Assembly: GCA_963665665.1 (NCBI GenBank)
Contig: OY762428.1
Coordinates: 4,096,001 to 4,160,000 of the forward strand
Direction of reading: 5' to 3'
Source: Candidatus Kapaibacterium sp.
GTDB taxonomy: Bacteria > Bacteroidota > Ignavibacteria > Kapaibacteriales > UBA2268
DNA: 64,000 nt
In this document: piece after piece, positions 57,452 through 64,000 of the stretch
Layout of the letters: each line of letters starts with the position of its first letter
How positions within the stretch are numbered: position 1 is the first letter of the stretch
Made by a program: the position numbers and the translations under genes
The notes under the pieces: model-generated
Told to the model about the DNA's origin: nothing
The model's input: the letters and a program-made list of their open reading frames with translations, nothing else
Databases searched by the model: none

Positions 57452-57873
57452 TATACTTACTCCAAATTGAAACTTTGTATAATATACGTAATATTATTGA
57501 AAATCTTTTCAAACATACAATTACCAGTATGACTTATGGTCAATTTTATTACCTGACCACCAAAAATTTCTTTACAGTTTCCTGGTTACCCATCTTCACC
57601 TGCAGGTGATAAACAAATAAATTACGCCTCTTTTATTCAATACTACTCTTCGTCCAAATAGTATCATGTTCCACGGATAAAGCCCCGATGGATAACAATA
57701 ATGTTTTTCTCATTCCTAAGCTCTTGCCTGAGAAGGTCATTTTCCTCAAAGCTTCTCTTTATGATTTCCTGAAGCTAAGCTTCGGATGAAAACAGCATTA
57801 CGAAGTGCAACTTCGTAATGAGGGAAGAATAACACATAAGACAAGAAAATGTCTCGGGAAAAAATACTTCTTA

Positions 57874-58557
57874 TTACAATAAATATTCCCAACTGAGATA
57901 AAGCCCGGCGAGAATGAACAGAACGCCGGTTGCCCTTCTTGCCCAATATTCGAATTTTGCAAGGCTGTTGAATGCTTTACCAACATAATTAGCTGAAAAA
58001 CCGATAATAAAGGCGAAAACTATTACCGGAAGAGCTGTACCGATACCATAAATCAATGGCAGAAAAACCCCTGATTCGTATTTCAGCGAGAGAGGAATAA
58101 GGCTGCCAAAAAATAATCCTGCTGAAACAGGACAGAAAGACAATGCAAAGATGAATCCAAGAACTGCGGCGCCCCACGGCCCCTTGCTCTGAATTTTATC
58201 CTGAAACTTTTGCGACATTGATATACCCCTGCCGAAACTCATATTGATAATTTCCAGCAGGAAAAGCCCTACAATTATCAGAAGCGGCCCGAGAATGATA
58301 TTCAGGTACTTTTGCAGAAAGCGGGCCAGCTCCGGAATGGAAAGCAAACTGCTGACAACAATAACTGAAACTATCAGGTATGCCGCCATCCTGCCGAGAG
58401 TATAGAGCAGCCCCGACAAAAGCACTGCCGGGGCGCTGTCAACTTTTTTACCAATAAAAGATATAGCAGCAATATTTGTTGCCAGCGGGCAAGGGCTTAT
58501 AGAAGTGAGAATACCAAACCACAATGCTGAAAAAACACCTGCTGTGATAAATTCCAT
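57874..58557 (-). CDS. CcdA/DsbD-like permease, ArsG family
   Basis: GILTSISPCPLATNIAAISFI, YTLGR, FALSFCPVSAGLFFG, YGIGTALPV; lies in the ars operon. Confidence 0.85.
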   Translation of the reverse strand: MEFITAGVFSALWFGILTSISPCPLATNIAAISFIGKKVDSAPAVLLSGLLYTLGRMAAYLIVSVIVVSSLLSIPELARFLQKYLNIILGPLLIIVGLFLLEIINMSFGRGISMSQKFQDKIQSKGPWGAAVLGFIFALSFCPVSAGLFFGSLIPLSLKYESGVFLPLIYGIGTALPVIVFAFIIGFSANYVGKAFNSLAKFEYWARRATGVLFILAGLYLSWEYLL

Positions 58558-58980
58558 TTATATTTTTCCAAGATATTTTTTTACTTCATTTTTTAAGTAT
58601 TTCAAATAGTCATTTTTATCTCCTACTTTTTCCCATATCTTTTCCAGGTTCTTCCATTCTTTCTGCTTCCCATTTTCATAGCGTACCAGTACCAGGGCTT
58701 TATTATAAAGTTGATATTTTTCTATGTAGTGTTCGTTTTTTTCTTTATCAAAATTGATAGCCGACCACTTTAGCCTGCCTTCTTTTTTTGCTTTCGAAAA
58801 ATATTTATCGATTGTTTCTTTTGAATAAGCTTCCAGTTTATTGCATGTAGGGCAGCGATAATCGCCGTGGAAATATATTACTTTAACATAACTGCCTTTG
58901 TCGGCTTTTTTATTGGCTATCATTCCTGAAGAAGCCAGCAGTATCATTGCTATGATAATTAATAGATTTTTTGTCTTCAT
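58558..58980 (-). CDS. Exported thioredoxin-fold protein, ArsF family
   Basis: Signal peptide; VIYFHGDYRCPTC; WKNLEKIW. Confidence 0.8.
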   Translation of the reverse strand: MKTKNLLIIIAMILLASSGMIANKKADKGSYVKVIYFHGDYRCPTCNKLEAYSKETIDKYFSKAKKEGRLKWSAINFDKEKNEHYIEKYQLYNKALVLVRYENGKQKEWKNLEKIWEKVGDKNDYLKYLKNEVKKYLGKI

Positions 58981-59056
58981 CTCATACCTCGGTTAAATAA
59001 TAATACTAAAATATATAAAATTTCAATTCGGTTTAATATTTCCAATTTCGCGACAC

Positions 59057-59131
59057 TGACCTCCCCAAACCCCTCCGAAGGATGGGCTTACTGCAAAGCC
59101 CTCCCTTTCGGGGAGGGTTGGGGAGGTGTCA
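59057..59131. repeat. REPIN-like inverted doublet inside the ars operon
   Basis: ACCTCCCCAAACCCCTCC...AAAGCCCTCCCTTTCGGGGAGGGTTGGGGAGGT; same family as 54473 and 54809. Confidence 0.75.
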
Positions 59132-59239
59132 TATATATAAGAAAATTATTCAATAATAAATTATTCTACTTACCACAAAGTTATATTTGCCAATTTTAAA
59201 ATCTTTAAAGTTTAGATTTGCCATTTCAAATCAACCAAT

Positions 59240-59476
59240 CTAAGCTTCAATCATTTTTAAAATTTCTTTCACGTTCAATACTTTTCCGGCAGAAACAACT
59301 TTTCCGTCTAAAACAAGGCCGGGAGTCATAATCATGCCGTAAAGCATTATTTTCTGAATATCAGTTACGTATTCAAATTCAAGGTCTTTGCCTGACTGTG
59401 CTATCGCTTCTTTTACATTTTCGGCCAGTTTCTTGCATTTGGCACATCCCGGGCCGAGTACTTTTACTTCTTTCAT
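59240..59476 (-). CDS. Small redox-active disulfide protein (thioredoxin family, MTH895/ArsE-like)
   Basis: VKVLGPGCAKC, YGMIMTPGLVLDG; AAGGAG upstream. Confidence 0.88.
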   Translation of the reverse strand: MKEVKVLGPGCAKCKKLAENVKEAIAQSGKDLEFEYVTDIQKIMLYGMIMTPGLVLDGKVVSAGKVLNVKEILKMIEA

Positions 59477-59487
59477 CATAATCTCCT

Positions 59488-60789
59488 TTAAAATAAATAT
59501 CCGTATAATAAACCGCTTATTGTTGACATTATTACAACCAGTGAAACATAGACAATTGTTTTTTTCCACCCGACAACGCTTTTAATAACGAGCATATTGG
59601 GAAGCGATAGTGCCGGGCCTGATAGCAGAAGAGCCAGTGCCGGGCCTTTTGCCATGCCGTTCCCGAGCAGCCCCTGCAGGATGGGTATCTCTGTAAGGGT
59701 GGCGAAATACATAAATGCGCCGACAACCGATGCAAATAAATTGGAAATAACCGAGTTGTCGCCAACGGCCTGGTAAATCCATTCTGCCGGTATTATACCT
59801 TCGTTTCCGGGCCTGCCGAGGGCAAAACCGGCTATCAGTACGCCATAGAACAACAATGGCATAATCTGTTTTGCAAAATCCCAGGTAGCTTCGAACCAGT
59901 CGTTTCCTTCGCCCTCACCTGAGGATGTTGTCCAGGACAAAGCAATCAATGCTGTAATAAAGGGTATCATTGGCTGATTAGCAAAGATAATTGCCATAAG
60001 CAGAACTGCACCGCCGCTGATAAGCAGTTTCGTTCTGTTAATATCAAACCAGAACAAAAGAACCAGCAGCAGAACTATGGCAGACGCACCGCTTAAATAC
60101 CATTTAACAGAATATATCACCGCCCAGAAATCAGCAGCACCTTCGGGTTTGCCCCATGTGGAAAATACGAGTACGGCAACCATCGAAGCAAAATATATTA
60201 TATTTTTCCATAAAGGGCGGGCATTTTCCTCCTCGGGAATTGCCATCTGAATTTCTTCTTTTTCGGCTTCTTCCTTCCTGAAAATGAACTGCATCATTAT
60301 TCCGATAATGATACTGAAAACAACAGCACCAAGCGCCCTTGCTATTCCAATTTCAATACCGAGTACATTTGCCGTCATTATTATTGCCATTACATTTATA
60401 GCAGGGCCAGAATAAAGAAATGCCGATGCAGGCCCCAGACCCGCGCCCATTCTGTAAATACCGGCAAACAAAGGAAGCACCGTGCAGGAACATACCGCCA
60501 GAATTCCGCCCGACATTGAAGCAACACCGTAGGCAATTACTTTATTAGCCTTTGCGCCAAGGTATTTCATAACCGATTGCCTGCTGATAAATACGCTTAT
60601 TGCTCCCGCTATAAAGAATGCCGGAAGAAGGCATAGTACAACATGTTCCCTGGCATACCATTTTGCAAGATAAAGAGCTTCTGCCAGCGCATTATCAAAT
60701 CGTGCCTGGCCTATCGGCAGATAGTAAAATCCGAGAAATACCGCTCCTATAGTTAGTAAGATTTTCCATTCTTTTTTCCATTCCATCAT
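59488..60789 (-). CDS. ArsP-family permease (DUF318)
   Basis: HVVLCLLPAFFIAG, LAVCSCTVLP, FLYSGPAIN, MYFATLTEIP, GPALSLP. Confidence 0.88.
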   Translation of the reverse strand: MMEWKKEWKILLTIGAVFLGFYYLPIGQARFDNALAEALYLAKWYAREHVVLCLLPAFFIAGAISVFISRQSVMKYLGAKANKVIAYGVASMSGGILAVCSCTVLPLFAGIYRMGAGLGPASAFLYSGPAINVMAIIMTANVLGIEIGIARALGAVVFSIIIGIMMQFIFRKEEAEKEEIQMAIPEEENARPLWKNIIYFASMVAVLVFSTWGKPEGAADFWAVIYSVKWYLSGASAIVLLLVLLFWFDINRTKLLISGGAVLLMAIIFANQPMIPFITALIALSWTTSSGEGEGNDWFEATWDFAKQIMPLLFYGVLIAGFALGRPGNEGIIPAEWIYQAVGDNSVISNLFASVVGAFMYFATLTEIPILQGLLGNGMAKGPALALLLSGPALSLPNMLVIKSVVGWKKTIVYVSLVVIMSTISGLLYGYLF

Positions 60790-61955
60790 TATTTTCCTAT
60801 TTTACCGCCCATTAAATAAAAGTAAGTTGTTGCCCAATTGGCAAGCAATACCACGATAGCAAAAATTAAATTCCCAAGGCTCATCATGCCCAGCCCGGAC
60901 ATAATATTGCCAATAGAACATCCACCGGCAAACGCAGCACCGACGCCGATCATCAATCCACCCGTCAAAGCAATTAAGGTTTGCTGCGGGTCTTTGGGTA
61001 ATAATCTGGACTGTCCGGATAGCGCACCGGAGAACCAGGAACCTGCAATCAGGCTTAGAACCAACAGAACCAGCCACACATTAACTTTCTTTTTGGGTGG
61101 TTGCGGGTTCTGATGTTTTTCATTGGCAACCTGAATTTTTACAGATTTATCAGGTTTTGAAGTTATATACTTAATATTATCATTTTTTTCAAACATTAGC
61201 AGGGAATATTGATATACACCGTGTGTTACGCCCAATGGATAATTTCTTCCGCTTTCACTGGAAGAAAGGAATGCGAATATTCCCAGAATTCCGAGAGCTA
61301 TACCGGCCACCCATGGCTTCCATGAATGCTTAAGAGGCATGGAGAAATTAAGTTTTCTTTTTCTGAGTACAAGATAAATAATACTTCCTGCAACGAATAA
61401 AATCGCCAGAACCATGTATGGAATACCTGTTACAGAATAAAGAGTTAAAGATTCGCCATCCGCACCTTTAATAATGAAAGATTTCATCCACAAATGCATA
61501 TCGTTCAGCGGGCCAAGTTCTACTGCCGCAACACCGAATGGAACCCCCATCAGCGCCATAATGGAATTAATATTTCCTGTTCCGCTTTTAAACAGCACTC
61601 CGCTCACGCATCCGCCGGCAAAGACCATTCCCACACCAAATATCAGGCCGCCGACAATGGAACTAAGCCATAAGAATGGTTTCGGATTAACGCTGATCCA
61701 GCCTATATAATCAATTATTGATAACGAAAGCATTGTAGTGACAATGGCAATCCAAAATCCCCAAAGTTTGCTTCTGTCCCTGAACATTATTGCTTCACTC
61801 ATTGCCGAGGAAGCACAGAGGTCTCCTTTTTGCAGAAAATAACCAAAAAGAAAACCAATCGGGATTGCAAAATAATACCAGGCAGAAGACGATATTCCAA
61901 GGACAATGGATACGCAAACAATTATAATAATTAAACCCATAAACATCTTTTTCAT
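60789..61955 (-). CDS. YeeE/YedE family sulfur-compound transporter
   Basis: LQKGDLCASS, GGLIFGVGMVFAGGCVSG, GAAFAGGCSIG (three conserved Cys). Confidence 0.85.
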   Translation of the reverse strand: MKKMFMGLIIIIVCVSIVLGISSSAWYYFAIPIGFLFGYFLQKGDLCASSAMSEAIMFRDRSKLWGFWIAIVTTMLSLSIIDYIGWISVNPKPFLWLSSIVGGLIFGVGMVFAGGCVSGVLFKSGTGNINSIMALMGVPFGVAAVELGPLNDMHLWMKSFIIKGADGESLTLYSVTGIPYMVLAILFVAGSIIYLVLRKRKLNFSMPLKHSWKPWVAGIALGILGIFAFLSSSESGRNYPLGVTHGVYQYSLLMFEKNDNIKYITSKPDKSVKIQVANEKHQNPQPPKKKVNVWLVLLVLSLIAGSWFSGALSGQSRLLPKDPQQTLIALTGGLMIGVGAAFAGGCSIGNIMSGLGMMSLGNLIFAIVVLLANWATTYFYLMGGKIGK

Positions 61956-62024
61956 ATCAAAAACCCATTTTTAATACCAACAAACAAATACTAACTAATT
62001 CGATATTTTCAGCTAATCCCAAAA

Positions 62025-63107
62025 TCAGGGACAAACATCCGGAGCTTTAATATTTCCCTTTTCGGGATCATTGAAATATTTCTTCTGAAACCACAGGGCA
62101 ACGTTTACAAGGGCAATTAGAACCGGCACTTCCACAAGAGGCCCGATAACGGCAGCGAAAGCTTCCCCGGAATTAATACCGAAAACAGCTACTGCCACGG
62201 CTATTGCCAGCTCGAAATTATTTGAAGCTGCTGTAAACGATAGTGTTGCTGTCTTGGAATAATCCGCACCGATTTTTTTTCCCATAAAGAATGATACAAG
62301 AAACATTATTATAAAGTAAATCAGTAGTGGTATTGCTATCCTGACAACGTCAAGCGGTATTTTTACGATATACTCACCCTTTAGCGAGAACATTACAACT
62401 ATAGTGAACAGCAGCGCTATCAGGGTTATAGGGCTGATCTTAGGAATAAATTCCTTATGGTACCATTCCTTGTTCTTTATTTTTATCAGGCTGAACCGTG
62501 TTAAGATTCCGGCTATGAACGGAATACCAAGGTAAATAAACACGCTTTCGGCAATCTGCCCGATAGTAATATCAACTTCAAAACCCTCCAATCCAAGCCA
62601 ACCCGGAAGAATTGTTATAAATACATAAGCGTAAACCGAGAAGAAAAGCACCTGGAATATTGAGTTAAAAGCTACAAGGCCTGCGGCATATTCCGTATCT
62701 CCTTTGGCAAGCTCGTTCCATACTATCACCATTGCTATGCATCTTGCCAGCCCGATCATTATTAATCCTGCCATGTAATGAGGATAATCCTGCAGGAAAA
62801 TTACGGCCAACAGAAACATTAGAACAGGCCCGATTATCCAGTTCTGAATTAGGGATAAACCCAGGATTTTAACATTTCTGAAAACATCTCCGAGCTCTTC
62901 GTAGCGGACTTTTGCCAGGGGCGGGTACATCATCAGGATCAGGCCTATGGCAATCGGCCAGTTTGTTGTCCCCGTACTCATCGAATCCCAGAAATTGGCA
63001 ACTTCCGGAAAAAAGTGACCGCTGAGGACTCCTACTGCCATTGCTGCAAATATCCAGAAAGTCAGGTACCTGTCCAGAAAGCTGAGTTGTTTGGATAGTT
63101 TAGGCAT
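62025..63107 (-). CDS. acr3: ACR3 family arsenite efflux transporter
   Basis: [47 protein letters not shown]. Confidence 0.96.
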   Translation of the reverse strand: MPKLSKQLSFLDRYLTFWIFAAMAVGVLSGHFFPEVANFWDSMSTGTTNWPIAIGLILMMYPPLAKVRYEELGDVFRNVKILGLSLIQNWIIGPVLMFLLAVIFLQDYPHYMAGLIMIGLARCIAMVIVWNELAKGDTEYAAGLVAFNSIFQVLFFSVYAYVFITILPGWLGLEGFEVDITIGQIAESVFIYLGIPFIAGILTRFSLIKIKNKEWYHKEFIPKISPITLIALLFTIVVMFSLKGEYIVKIPLDVVRIAIPLLIYFIIMFLVSFFMGKKIGADYSKTATLSFTAASNNFELAIAVAVAVFGINSGEAFAAVIGPLVEVPVLIALVNVALWFQKKYFNDPEKGNIKAPDVCP

Positions 63108-63531
63108 TAGTTTCCTCTAATAAAATATCAGAATAGAATTTATAAAAACCATCCTTTATCTCATCCCTGATCCTTCTGAATTCGGAAAGGACAAACTCTT
63201 CGTTTCCTTCTGCTTTTGCAGGGTCGTCGAAACCAATATGCAGCCTGTGTTTTACCTCGCCGATAAATGCCGGACAGCTTTCTTTTGCTCCGCCACACAC
63301 AGTTACTACGTAGTCAAATTTTTCACTAAGGAAATTATCAACCAGCTTCGGACTGTTTCGGCTTATATCAATTCCTGCTTCCATCATAACCTGAATAGCA
63401 TTCGGATGTACTTCCGAAGCCGGTTTGGTGCCGGCAGAATAAACATCAAAGCTGCTATCAAACGATTTTAAAAAACCTTCTGCCATTTGGCTTCGGCAGG
63501 AATTGCCAGTACAAAGGACGAGTATTTTCAT
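63100..63531 (-). CDS. arsC: Arsenate reductase (LMWP/thioredoxin-coupled type)
   Basis: [31 protein letters not shown]. Confidence 0.93.
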   Translation of the reverse strand: MKILVLCTGNSCRSQMAEGFLKSFDSSFDVYSAGTKPASEVHPNAIQVMMEAGIDISRNSPKLVDNFLSEKFDYVVTVCGGAKESCPAFIGEVKHRLHIGFDDPAKAEGNEEFVLSEFRRIRDEIKDGFYKFYSDILLEETNA

Positions 63532-63559
63532 GATTTATCCGATTATATTTCTACAAATA

Positions 63560-63916
63560 TCAAACTGATTTAAGGCTGGCACATATCTGAATCCTGTCAG
63601 CTTCCGATATCAGGCCTTTGTCGCTGTTAACTATATCATTGTCGTTCAGCCAGCCCGGGAACATTGCAAGAACCTGGTGGAGAACGGGATTATCGGAGCT
63701 TCTGTTCAAAGAATAATCCACCCATTTGCCGTTCTTTTTATCCCTGATAAATCCGGCATCTTTTAATATGTTAAGATGGTTTGAAACTGTCGATGTCGAT
63801 ATATTCAGAACGCTGGTAATCTCGCAAACACATAGAGGTTTGGCTTCAAGCATTTTAATTATCCTTACCCTGTTCGGATCGCTTATTGCTTTAAATGTTT
63901 TAGTAAACTCATTCAT
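63560..63916 (-). CDS. arsR: ArsR/SmtB family metalloregulator
   Basis: FKAISDPNRVRII, PLCVCEI, STVSNHLNILKDAG, GKWVDY; ATG at 63916 after AAGGA. Confidence 0.9.
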   Translation of the reverse strand: MNEFTKTFKAISDPNRVRIIKMLEAKPLCVCEITSVLNISTSTVSNHLNILKDAGFIRDKKNGKWVDYSLNRSSDNPVLHQVLAMFPGWLNDNDIVNSDKGLISEADRIQICASLKSV

Positions 63917-63931
63917 AGTTTTTCCTTTTCT

Positions 63932-63984
63932 CATTTCGATAATCATCAAATTAAAAACATTTCGATAAATATCAAAATGTTTTT
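63932..63984. promoter_or_regulatory. Putative ArsR operator (two related sites)
   Basis: AAAAACATTT-C-GATA-AA-TATC-A-AAATGTTTTT palindrome (63953-63984) plus a second CATTTCGATAATCATCAAAT at 63932. Confidence 0.65.
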
Positions 63985-64000
63985 TTTTAAAATCATTAAT

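Noticed and set aside
56657-57859. Integron attC sites or IS ends around the TA module
   Set aside because: No convincing RYYYAAC/GTTRRRY core pairs, and no integrase or transposase in the window
289-63968. Numerous 60-160 aa ORFs antisense to or overlapping well-supported genes
   Set aside because: Shadow ORFs with no motifs or RBS, lying within stronger CDS

Overview
AT-rich bacterial chromosomal segment, probably from an FCB-group organism (inference: three T9SS C-terminal sorting-domain proteins, a Bacteroidota-type TonB receptor, recurrent TAnnTTGC/TAnnTTTG promoter-like boxes, yet clear GGAG Shine-Dalgarno sites, which fits Kapabacteria/Ignavibacteria-like lineages). It holds about 52 credible CDS. 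Housekeeping genes include rmuC, tsaA/trmO, tmk, rsmI, tadA and ettA. There are also metabolic genes, several two-component/HDOD signalling genes, lipoproteins and secreted proteins, a PIN toxin-antitoxin pair, and an extended arsenic-resistance operon at the right end. I saw no rRNA, tRNA, CRISPR array, transposase, integrase or reverse transcriptase. Most notable observations: (1) a His-rich upstream ORF ending in the ribosome-arrest motif RAPP directly ahead of a CxxC-containing TonB-dependent receptor, a candidate metal-sensing translational switch; (2) a ~1.5 kb region on an unbroken 21-nt lattice, in which REP-like palindromes occupy exact multiples of 21 nt and which ends in a GGAGG-preceded pure heptad-repeat ORF; (3) three Uma2 nuclease genes in a 592-bp tandem with homogenised flanks and a divergent central segment; (4) nested palindromic repeat elements, two of which bracket the TA module as direct repeats; (5) a YeeE/YedE sulfur-compound transporter embedded in the ars operon. 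All calls come from reading motifs by eye; no database searches were run.
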